The translations under genes and the position numbers were made by a program. This document shows, in pieces, positions 44,974 through 55,264 of a DNA stretch of 64,000 nucleotides. Below the pieces are notes generated by a model. It was not told the DNA's origin, did no database searches, and saw only the letters and a program-made list of their open reading frames with translations. The stretch spans positions 1 through 64,000 of the IMG/VR virus record IMGVR_UViG_3300011008_000004; one strand, written 5' to 3'. This DNA is from a virus. Lineage: Duplodnaviria; Caudoviricetes. Each line of letters begins with the position of its first letter. The first letter of the stretch is position 1.

Positions 44974-46131
44974 TTACGGTATTAATGCAAATTTTTTATA
45001 AAATACGTATACCTCTGTTGGACTAGTGTCAGCGTTAGCTGCGTTATTTATAGTTACAGTTATACTACTAGACGCAGTATACAAACTAAAGCTTGTGTCA
45101 AATCCTGTAGTACAAACCTACCAACCTTTTCTAGAACCAGCCATTGAACCATCATAGTTAGGAATTAGTATTACAGGTGATCCCATACTAATAAATCCTG
45201 GATAGCCGTTGTACCATTCTCCACCTGATAGACTCATACTAGCGTTGGAATATCCCGTATACTGATAAACTATTAAGCATTCTTTAAGTCCTAAACTTAT
45301 AGTCTATGTACGAGATGCACATTTAGTCAATGTGCCATTAGCGCCTATTAATGCGCAATATAATGCAGCACTAAAAGCATTAGATACTTGATACGGATAT
45401 GCCCAATTAGGCCAGTTCCAACCATAAGTGTCAGTAGCACCATTATATGTAAGATACGCTTCATTATCAGCTAATGGACCACTTTTAAGTAAGAAATATT
45501 TACGCCAAGTGTACGTACCTTTAGACGTGTTAGCTGCGATACATGAAAATAAATCACCAGTAGATGTATTGCGATATAACTAACCTACAGTTCCAACTGT
45601 AGAAGTTGTTGGATCAGACGTGCCATAAATCAACTAAGATTGTATCTCTGATGTAATAGTAGATTCTAAGTTAGATTTTAAACTATAAGCACCTCCTGCT
45701 GTGAAATATAAATTACTCTCAGATGTAGGCGTATTTGTCTATGCATAATTCGCTACATTAGCTAAACCAACATCAGATTTAGTGATTGTAATATCTGAAC
45801 TTAACGCATGATTATTCACTTTTAAAGCTTTATTAACCTTGTTTTCATCTAATGAATTTATAGATACTTGTAAAGAAGATTCTGCTTGTTTAGATCTATT
45901 TATCTCATTATTTAAGTTATTAGATAATGTAAGATTTAAACTATTTATAGCATTCTAACGGCCATTAGCTTCTATATCACTAACATTTTTAAAAGATGTA
46001 ACACGACCTTGATTATCTTCAGATGTAGCTATGTACAATTCACCTGTGTCTAATCTAACAGCCGGTTGTCCTACATGCGAGAAATCATTAACTGTAGGTA
46101 ACCTATCTTTAAATCTTTTTAATAAAATCAT
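44974..46131 (-). CDS. tail-fibre-like protein (385 aa, 6 TAG)
   Basis: shared GQP.V.L.TGELYI N-terminus; VNNHALSSDITITKSDVGLANV fibre repeat. Confidence 0.85.
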
Positions 46132-46210
46132 AAATATTTACCTTTAAAAAATTTAATTTATGATTTTAACTAAAAAAAAAAACACGAAGACAAGTATGCA
46201 TATAAAATTA

Positions 46211-47305
46211 TCAATAATAGTTAGACCAGCAAAATATAGGTTTACCTTTAATGCTAGTTACTGATATATTCACATTACCTGTAGATACTAGTGAAAATGA
46301 AAGTGTATATGTACTAGATGACGTAGTTATTTTAATTGGTAAATCAGCTTCCCATAAACCTCCACCACCAGCGGCAGAAGCTCCGCCACTACAGTGCATC
46401 ATTAAATCAAAAGACAATCCGCTAGGTAACCAACTTGGTTTAGTATATGAATAAGTTTTAGTTGTAGTCTTATTGGCCGTTACAGATATGATACTACCAG
46501 TGCCTGCGGTCATAGCTATATTCAAATCTAACCAACAAAAACGTCCTTCTTTACGTAAAGAATGATTATCTATGCTTTTGGAGCCAGTAGCGCTGTCAAA
46601 TAGTTGCCAAATATCTACTGACTCCGAATTAAAACCCAAATTAGTTAACCTCGATTCTATAGAACCTTTAGTTGAATCATACCCAGATAACGCTGTCTAA
46701 TTAGCGCTATTTAATGAAAATGTGGTATCAGTCAATGATAAGCCAGTTCCAGCTATATATGTAGTATTAATCCAAGGAACAGTTACATAAGCTTTATTCT
46801 CTGCTCCAAGCTTAACAGCATAATGCTGAGCAGTCTCACTATAACCAATTTTAATACCACCTAGAGCTGTCACAGTCGCTGATGGTAAAGTATAAACAGT
46901 ATCTGTAAATTTTGCATCTGAAGGAACACTTTTAGATATAGTATAACTTATCTATTTTATAGAACCATCACTATCAACATACGTAGGCTATATGGTAGAA
47001 CCTATCATAGGATGTGATGAATAAGTCCCAACTTTTGATGCATAAGAAGAATTAGTTGATTTAAATGATGCGTATGTGCCATCAGTTATTTTAACAATTT
47101 CTGTATCTGTATAATTTTTAGCATTAGATTCCGCTGTATTAGCTCTAGTTATAGATAGTGAATCTACTACACTACAAACATTTTTAATGGTTGAATTATC
47201 TGTTTTAATGTATAATTCACCTGTATTCAAATTCACTATAGGCTGTCCTACATCACTAAAATCTGAAGAAGTAGGAACGCCTTTCTTTCGTCTAAATAAA
47301 ATCAT
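46211..47305 (-). CDS. tail-fibre-like protein (364 aa, 3 TAG)
   Basis: same N-terminus; SVPSDAKFTDT, YTLP.AT...LGGIKIG, VPW.NTTY fibre motifs. Confidence 0.85.
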
Positions 47306-47367
47306 TATTAAATCTCCAATATGAATAAATTAACTAAAAAAAACCTGAACATCAAAATGACATAAAT

Positions 47368-47398
47368 AAAAGACTGTCTTTTTAGACAGTCTTTTTTT
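47368..47398. terminator. intrinsic terminator
   Basis: AAAGACTGTCT/AGACAGTCTTT with A/T tails. Confidence 0.75.
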
Positions 47399-47810
47399 AA
47401 TCTACTATTATATCTATCTTAGATATCAAATTATGTAACTCCTATTCTGTAACAGTTACACCTGTGTTTTTAAAATTTCTCAATAAGAGTTGTTTAAATA
47501 TGTACTCATCATCTATGTATGAATCCGTTTTAATGTTAAATAATGCGCTATTAAATTCACTATCAATAGCTACATCACAGGAAATTATTTTGCTATTAGC
47601 TGGATTCTCTGTATTATAGTTGTATATGTGATGTAAATAAATATTACATCCATTTATACACATTAAAACAAATAATATCGTTTCATTTAAATACTAAGAA
47701 TTTATATAACAATCCCTTTTCCACCATAATATATCTTTAGCATTGTGAATATTATTAAATTTAACTTTCTAATCAGGAGTCATATTAGTTAGTAATTCTT
47801 CTAAAGTCAT
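47397..47810 (-). CDS. hypothetical paralog family member (3 TAG)
   Basis: MTLEE..N.KDI..FVLMC.N resembles 47820, 49825, 50247. Confidence 0.7.
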
Positions 47811-47819
47811 TATAAATCC

Positions 47820-48221
47820 TCAGTTTAAGAAATTTATTTCTAAGTCATTTATGAATCTAGCTAACTCACTAACTGTAGTTTCTACATTGCATTCTACTCT
47901 AAAATAGTAAGTTAAAAGATCAATTAATTCTACTGGATTAGTAATTTTATTTGAAGTATCTACTCTAAATAACTCATACATAGTATGTTTAACTGGCTCT
48001 GTAACACATATATGAATTGATTGTTTATCAGGATCTGGAAAAATATCTAGTGGAATTTTATTTACACAAGCTAAAACAAATCTAAATACTGGAGCAAATA
48101 TATACTTTCCTCTAGCTCTATTACCATAATTAACAACGCCATAGATATCTTTAACATTATTAATTATAGATCTTTCTTCTTCATCTATGTTATTCAATAC
48201 AGTTTGCAATGACGCCATCAC
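47820..48221 (-). CDS. hypothetical paralog family member
   Basis: NNVKDI..FVLACVN. Confidence 0.7.
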   Translation of the reverse strand: MMASLQTVLNNIDEEERSIINNVKDIYGVVNYGNRARGKYIFAPVFRFVLACVNKIPLDIFPDPDKQSIHICVTEPVKHTMYELFRVDTSNKITNPVELIDLLTYYFRVECNVETTVSELARFINDLEINFLN

Positions 48222-48232
48222 TATATATTTCC

Positions 48233-48853
48233 TTATTCACATTGCTCATCTAATGATTTAGCAGTATTAATTAAAATTTGTTTTAGTTGTCCGTCTATAT
48301 GAAATCTTTCAGCATTTTGTTCGATGCTCTTTAATAGATTACCATCATTCATTCTTAAAATAGCAGCTTTCCAGTCACAAAACATCTCAACTAAATCTAC
48401 AAGTGTCATATCTGTTACACCGTTTATGAAATGTTCTGGATGATGTCTATTTTTACTTGAATTATAATGATGATCTAAAGCAGGTTTTAAGGCTTCTAAA
48501 CTTGCTTTATATTCTTCACTATCGTACTCTAATGTAGATAACTTTTTAGTATGCTGAGCAAATAATTCTACTTCAGGAGATTCCATTTTACTAGCATCAT
48601 GGTCTACACCTCTTAAAGTAAGTTTGTCAGTTATAAACCTGATGTACTTTCTAACATTCTCTATGTGCTTTTGAGTTTCAACATTACATTCAGCTATAGT
48701 CATTACGTCTGGATTCTTAGCAGGCTCTATGACTAAATGTTTAGTTTCTCCACATCCTTCACATAATTCTGCTTCTTCAGTATAGGTTAAATCTTCGTCT
48801 TTTGCATTTGGATCAACCTTTTCTTTATAGCAGTTTTTACAATACTTTGGCAT
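48233..48853 (-). CDS. HD-like (DUF5662-type) protein with N-terminal Zn ribbon
   Basis: HDASK, HHY..NRHHPEH, EMFCDW. Confidence 0.8.
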   Translation of the reverse strand: MPKYCKNCYKEKVDPNAKDEDLTYTEEAELCEGCGETKHLVIEPAKNPDVMTIAECNVETQKHIENVRKYIRFITDKLTLRGVDHDASKMESPEVELFAQHTKKLSTLEYDSEEYKASLEALKPALDHHYNSSKNRHHPEHFINGVTDMTLVDLVEMFCDWKAAILRMNDGNLLKSIEQNAERFHIDGQLKQILINTAKSLDEQCE

Positions 48854-48925
48854 ATTTTACCTCATAATCTTTCATTGCTGTTAGATGGTGATTGTTTAAT
48901 TTAGCAGCTTTTACTACTAATTAGA

Positions 48926-49699
48926 TTAGAAAACCACCACTTTTAATTTAGGAAATATACTTTGAAGTAATTCTACAATAACTTCTTTCCTTCTTTCACA
49001 ACCTACAGTAGCTAACTTTGAAAGTTTCTCTAAATTACTTCCAGACAACATACAAACTATTTCTAAAAGTAATCTTTCAGCAGCGTCTATGTACACTTCA
49101 GAGTCTGTAATTACATCATCATATTTACTAATAGGATTCATTCTTTCGATGTCTAGAATGTTTCCTATGACCTTAGGATTGTTTCTATGATTAGTGTATT
49201 CATATTTCAAGTAATAATCATTGGTTAAACCATTTAAGTAAGTTGGACCAATGATTTCATAATCATTATTAGCAGCTTTAAAACGATTTTCGGCAAGTCT
49301 TATCATTGTAGAAGTTTTACCACAACCTCTTGGGCCCGTAATAATTACAACTCCTCTATAACCACTTACATCCATTCCTTGTGAATTATTAAAATCAGTT
49401 ATAGGTATAAATTCATCACCATTCAGTTTAACAGTATTAGTTTCATTATTTTTATCTTTATATACTAAATTTTCCCAATTTCTAATATCTACAATGGCTT
49501 TAGCATCTAAATCTCTTTCATCACTATCTGAACCATAATTTAATAACGCTATTTTACCTACATCGAAATATATGCTTAAAATAAAATTTTCATCAACAGC
49601 TGTAAGACCTACACCTCTTATCTCAGAACTTCTGTCCATATACATAATTTTCTTTGTATCTATACTTGTTTTATTTTCATCATGACATGTGTATAACAT
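48926..49699 (-). CDS. P-loop-containing hypothetical protein
   Basis: GPRGCGKT. Confidence 0.65.
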   Translation of the reverse strand: MLYTCHDENKTSIDTKKIMYMDRSSEIRGVGLTAVDENFILSIYFDVGKIALLNYGSDSDERDLDAKAIVDIRNWENLVYKDKNNETNTVKLNGDEFIPITDFNNSQGMDVSGYRGVVIITGPRGCGKTSTMIRLAENRFKAANNDYEIIGPTYLNGLTNDYYLKYEYTNHRNNPKVIGNILDIERMNPISKYDDVITDSEVYIDAAERLLLEIVCMLSGSNLEKLSKLATVGCERRKEVIVELLQSIFPKLKVVVF

Positions 49700-49824
49700 A
49701 ATTCACCTCTATAGATATAAAATACAAAATAGAAAGTAAAAAAGCCTACACTATGTAGGCTTTTTCTATATATTCACTTCGCAAATAATCTAATCACAAA
49801 TAATCTAATCATTTCATTATGTAA

Positions 49825-50250
49825 TTAGTATGCGAAAGTTATTGTTGTCATACGTAATAGTTTCTTAATATTTTCAAGCGTAAATGATGGTTCTTCATTC
49901 ACGACTAAGTGTAAATTCTCTTTTATGAATATCGCTAATTCATCTGCATCGTGAGGTATTTTAACATCATTTGGATATGTCATATATAATAACGCTAAAT
50001 CTGAATCACTAGCACCTACACTTAACACTTTATGAGAACCTGCATTTACAGATATAACTCTTAGTTCAAAACCTTTTATACAACACAAAACAAACTACGT
50101 GTATGTTTGATAATCTATAATATGATCTGGATCATTTAGTAAATTAGTCCAATTGCCTTCATCGTCAGATCCAAAATTATCTATATCTTTAATTGTTTTT
50201 ACATTATCAATTTCGTATTTATGATCTTTCAAGTATTCTTCAAATGTCAT
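49825..50250 (-). CDS. hypothetical paralog (1 TAG)
   Basis: MTFEEYLKDHK start overlaps upstream TGA; paralog of 50247. Confidence 0.8.
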
Positions 50251-50693
50251 TCTTGTGGCTCCTTAAAAATAACATTAGTCATATTTAAAAATTCTAAAAT
50301 AATATCTTTATTTGAATACTTTCTTGTAAAATAAGGCGATAATTCTAGATATAAATAATCTGCTAAACTTTCTTTATCTGTAGGAATGTCATGTCCATCT
50401 ACATTACTATATGTCATTATAGGATACTTTTCATCATCTGCAAAGAATACAAACACTAAGTCGCTGCTATCTTTTTTATCACTAGTTGCAGCATATATCG
50501 GTAATACTTTAATAGTGACGTGATTAGCACAAGCTATCATAAATCTAGCGTACATAATATAAAAAGTCATGTAATCTTGCATAGGACTAGATATACGCAT
50601 AATTTCTTCTTGCCCAAAATTAGTTATATCTTTTGCAGATTTTAAATTATTAAGTTCATCTTTATGTTCATATAAATATTCTTCAAAGGTCAT
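50247..50693 (-). CDS. hypothetical paralog
   Basis: MTFEEYLYEHK. Confidence 0.8.
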   Translation of the reverse strand: MTFEEYLYEHKDELNNLKSAKDITNFGQEEIMRISSPMQDYMTFYIMYARFMIACANHVTIKVLPIYAATSDKKDSSDLVFVFFADDEKYPIMTYSNVDGHDIPTDKESLADYLYLELSPYFTRKYSNKDIILEFLNMTNVIFKEPQE

Positions 50694-50695
50694 AA

Positions 50696-51535
50696 TTAAA
50701 AATCCAATAATACATCACTTAATGCTGTGTTATATTCTGCATCTGTAAAAGAAGAATCAAAGCCATATGAAGGTTCTTCAAATATATATCCGTCTACAAA
50801 AGTACGACATAAATCTTCTATAATTAAATTAGTAGCTCTGTAATAAATTGTAGACCACTCATCTATATCGGATATATCTTTTATTAGTTGTTTAATAGAC
50901 ACAGTTACTTCTACAATATCATAATCTTTTACTTCTGTCTTCTTAGACCAATTATCTTTTTCGAAACTTTCTATAATAGCATCTATAGCTGATTTACTAG
51001 CATCATTAGCCACAGCGGATTCTGTAGCTTGTAGAGCTGCTTGCAATAAAGCAGATGTTCTATCACTCTCATCTAATTGCTGCAATTTAAACTTATTAGC
51101 TTCGTCTATTTTTATGCCACCATTTTGAATCTCATCTAAAACGTAGTCGTAATCTTGACTATCATAATTCCAATCTTTTATAACGTCGTATGGATCTTCT
51201 ACGAGTCTAATGCAAGTTTCTATATCTATCATATCTCTTGGCTTGCTATTATATATTTCATCTTTATATGAATTATAAATACTATCAAGTTCATTTATCT
51301 TAACTTTAATAGTAACATCATCAACATTAGAGGTAATCTCAGTTATAGCTTCATTATTAGACTTAGTATAAACTATACCAGCCTTTAACATTACAACAGT
51401 GAATGTGGCGAATTCTGTATCATCAAGATTATACGCTTCTTTAAATAGTTTATCTATTTCATTGTCAATTAACAAATTCTTATGTTCTTGTATAAAATCA
51501 TTTACTACGTTTATAGTTTCATTATCAACAACCAC
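50696..51535 (-). CDS. acidic protein sharing the LRR family's N-terminal domain
   Basis: FI.EHK.LL..N..D.L...FT.....AGI. Confidence 0.7.
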   Translation of the reverse strand: MVVDNETINVVNDFIQEHKNLLIDNEIDKLFKEAYNLDDTEFATFTVVMLKAGIVYTKSNNEAITEITSNVDDVTIKVKINELDSIYNSYKDEIYNSKPRDMIDIETCIRLVEDPYDVIKDWNYDSQDYDYVLDEIQNGGIKIDEANKFKLQQLDESDRTSALLQAALQATESAVANDASKSAIDAIIESFEKDNWSKKTEVKDYDIVEVTVSIKQLIKDISDIDEWSTIYYRATNLIIEDLCRTFVDGYIFEEPSYGFDSSFTDAEYNTALSDVLLDF

Positions 51536-51537
51536 AA

Positions 51538-52224
51538 TTAATTCCTCTTGTATTCACTCTTAATGTCAGCTACGCCATCTGAACATCTAACTCTAGTTCC
51601 TAAATCAAATATAGCTTCAAATTTAGCATTTAATATATTTCTAAAATCTTCACAAGTCCCATCATAATAAACATCTGAAGTATCGTAACCTAAGGCGCCT
51701 TCACCTATATAATATATAGATATTGGAAGACTTAATTCTCTTAAATCTCCACAACTGTCAAGACAATGTATACCTAAGTGTTTAATAACGCCAAGATCTA
51801 TTTTACTAAGTTTCTTACATTGATGAAAAGCGTCTTCTCCTAAAGAAATAGTATTAGTTAACTTTACGTTAGTAAGATTGTCACATCTACAAAAACAAAA
51901 GGCAGGAATAATTTCCTTATTAGCTACGAGTCTGTTTATATTACTATCATTTATAGCTTCACAGTCATAAAAACATCCTATAGGAAGCGTAGTCTTATTA
52001 GTAAAATAATCTATCACATCAATTCCTGCAGACATTAGAAGGTCTGTTAGATAACTACAAACTATGCCTTGTATACAAGCAAATTCTCTAGCGAAAGTAT
52101 CTACATAATCGCTACCAACTAACTTATATAATTCTTCTAAGTCATTCTTATTTAAAGCTACTTCAGCACTTGGAACTTCATCAAAAAATTCACTGAATAT
52201 TTTAAGTTGTTTTTCATTTAACAT
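51538..52224 (-). CDS. BspA-type LRR protein
   Basis: IPAFCFCRCDNL, LGEDAFHQCKKL repeats. Confidence 0.85.
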   Translation of the reverse strand: MLNEKQLKIFSEFFDEVPSAEVALNKNDLEELYKLVGSDYVDTFAREFACIQGIVCSYLTDLLMSAGIDVIDYFTNKTTLPIGCFYDCEAINDSNINRLVANKEIIPAFCFCRCDNLTNVKLTNTISLGEDAFHQCKKLSKIDLGVIKHLGIHCLDSCGDLRELSLPISIYYIGEGALGYDTSDVYYDGTCEDFRNILNAKFEAIFDLGTRVRCSDGVADIKSEYKRN

Positions 52225-52261
52225 AAATTATTTCCTATGCTTATAATAAACTCTTGTAAAT

Positions 52262-52882
52262 TCATAATTCAATAATCCCATCTAAACATTGAATTTTACA
52301 CGTTTTAGGAATACCGTAATCCCATTCATACTTCTTATCTACATCATTCCACTCATCTATAGTGCCATCAAATATAATACTATTTAATTTTTTACAATAA
52401 TTAAACGCATAGTCATGAATAGATTGCAAACCCTTATGTAAAATAACTTTAACTAAGTTGCAATTACTAAAAGCATAAGAATGGATATATTTAACACTAC
52501 TTGGAATATCAATCTCAGTAAGACTATAACATCTAGAAAAAGCTTCAGATCCAATACCTTCAAGTTTATCATGTAATCTTATCTATTCTAATTTATGACA
52601 ATCCATAAAAGCGCCACGAGAAATAAATGTACAATTATTTGGAATCGCTATCTAAGCAATATCACTCTCTAATAGAAAAAAGTCAGGAACATTGCTAGTA
52701 TACAATAAAGGATCAATTCCTGCTTCAAAAAATAACTCAGTAAACTAGCCAATATACTGCCAATATGATTTTTTATAATTATAAATATTCTCATATAACT
52801 TATCAAACTAATTACTGTTCAATAAACTATAATTAGGTTCTTCGCTTAATATGGTTTGTATGTCAGATTGTGATAAACTCAT
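52262..52882 (-). CDS. BspA-type LRR protein (code 15, 4 TAG)
   Basis: IPSSVKYIHSYAFSNCNL repeats; missed by ORF track. Confidence 0.85.
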
Positions 52883-53172
52883 ATACTAATTTTCCTCGAT
52901 ATTTATTTTAGCTTAAATATGAAAAACACATGACAGCTATATAAAATACTATCATGTGTTAAATATCAATTTAACGAGAGCAAAACACTATATCTATTTT
53001 AGCATCACTATTTTTCTCTAGCGCGATGTAGGGAGCCTTTCGCGCCTCTTTTTTCTGCTATTTATGGCTATTTACATCACTTTATTACTATTTTATGTAA
53101 TAAAACTGCTACTTGAAACATACAAGTAATATTATGTATCACTAGAAGTCTCTATTCACTCTCTAGACTTAG

Positions 53173-55264
53173 TTACTCTATAGTCTGTATAAGCTTCTGT
53201 AGTTCTGGGTCTTTATCTATCTCAGTTAGATCTAGAATCTCTGGATTTAATAGTTTCTTAGATTTTATATATTCTTCTAGCTCTTCTCTTGTTTTGAACT
53301 CTCTATATTCTATAGTATATTTATTTTGAGTTAAATCTCCATTAGATATTACTATGTACTTATAGTTCTCTCTATATTTTTGAACTATAAATCTATCTAG
53401 TTCTTTAGCTAGTTCTGTGCTTATTTGATCAGCTACATCTGAGACTATGTTAAAATCTTTTTTCATTTTATAGTTGCTTCTTGTATTGCTTTATTAGTTT
53501 ATCTAGTTCTAATATTCTTAAATCGTATGAAGATCTTTTGTTCTTGACATTCTCCACAAATTCATCTAGACATTTATCTACTTGTTCTAAATACTCTTCA
53601 TTAGTTAATATATCATGACCACATTCATCGTCTAATTGCTTAAATGACTTAGCTAATTCTACTCTATAGTCTTCTCTATGTTGAGTACACTTTATTAGTT
53701 CTACGTCTCTAGCATTTTCCATCATTTCTTTTTCATGCTCATAATGATGAATCATAGTTTTTGCTAATGATGCATCTAATTTATCGGTATTTCTCTTTGG
53801 TCTATAGCCATCTCTAATATCTTTACTCATACAAACTCCCTTACCATTTTACTAATATATAATGTGGATACTCTTCTCTTTCCCCACCAACTCGTAGATC
53901 ATATTGAAGTTCAACTTCGAAACCTCTACTCTTTAACTCCTTAATAAGATCTTCAGTTAGCTTCTTACTTATCTTGTACACGCTATAAGAATACTCTGTT
54001 TCGCCATTTATAGCTACACCTCTAATGCCACTATAAATATCATCTCTAACTCTCGTAGATTCAATAGAATCACAAAGATTTCTAGCATCTTTGGCTGTTA
54101 TTACTAAAACATTTGACATTATACTTTTCTCCCTTACATATATGTTCTAAGCTTTTCTTGTAAGCTTCTTATAGTCGCTATTTCAGTAGTAAGTTTTCTG
54201 TATTCCATAGAACCTACTTGTTCTTCTTCTAATAATATATTATCAATATGTTTCTTATCTTCTAAAATATTAATTATATTTAAAGCATCTATAAATGTTA
54301 ATTCTCGTTTCATTATTTATCACCTTTAGGTTTTATAACGCTTCTACACTTAGGACACACGTAACAATCTTTTATATTCTCTACTGTTACTATAGCGTCA
54401 TTCTCAAGCTTTGATTCTTGACACAATCTTCTAATAGTTGTTGTACCATTTTTATAATAGTATTTTTTACATGTAGGACAATAAATTGAATCACTATTAA
54501 ATTTATTTATTTTATTTTCAATAGCTTTAAGATTATTCTTAGCTTGAGTAAGTTCTCTTTGAAGCTGTTTATAATATAAGTCAGCAGCGATTGCTGTTTT
54601 ATATTTAGAAGCATCAATAACTACTTCATTTATTTTGTTAGTTCTTATGAAGTCTTTGCATGAATTGCCTTCAACGCCTTTCTTACCCACTTCACACCAA
54701 TATAAACCTTGATTGACTAAGTATTTCATGTGTTTGCATTTCAAACAATTCATGCTATCACCTCTCTTACTTCATAATTTTCTTACATATGATATTCTTT
54801 ATTTTGTCTAAATAAGTTATTCTATCTAAAATGTATTGATCATTTAATTCTGGATTGTACATTATTAAATTCTTTTTCTCAATTAAAGTTTGTTCTTCTT
54901 TATTAATTAAAGCTATGATATCTAAATAATTCTGAGTACTAAATTCATCTGAGTCTTCCTCATCAGTAGGTCCTTCATATACATTTATCATATCAGCTGT
55001 AAACACATACTTTTCAATACCTTGTAGCTCTATATCTTCAGCATATAAATATATTTCATTATCGCTCACATATTTATGCACTGAAAAATACATTCCACAA
55101 AAACGTTTCATAGCATCCGTAAAAGCCAAATTAGAACTTTTATAGTAGATATCACCATAACTATTTGTACTACACTTTTTGCTGCTTATATCTCTTTTAA
55201 ATTCTTCTAATGTTTTAACTTGTACTACATTATTTCTTTCTAAATTCAACATATGTTGCCTCAA
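53173..55264 (-). CDS. five or more hypothetical proteins (53173, 53468, 53841, 54313 Zn-finger, 54767)
   Basis: ORF track. Confidence 0.65.

Noticed and set aside
41491-47305. Pseudogene cluster (many stops)
   Set aside because: All interruptions are TAG, motifs are intact and a suppressor tRNA is present; this is recoding
49782-49811. 15-bp tandem duplication CAAATAATCTAATCA
   Set aside because: Only two units with no spacer; not a CRISPR array or iteron set
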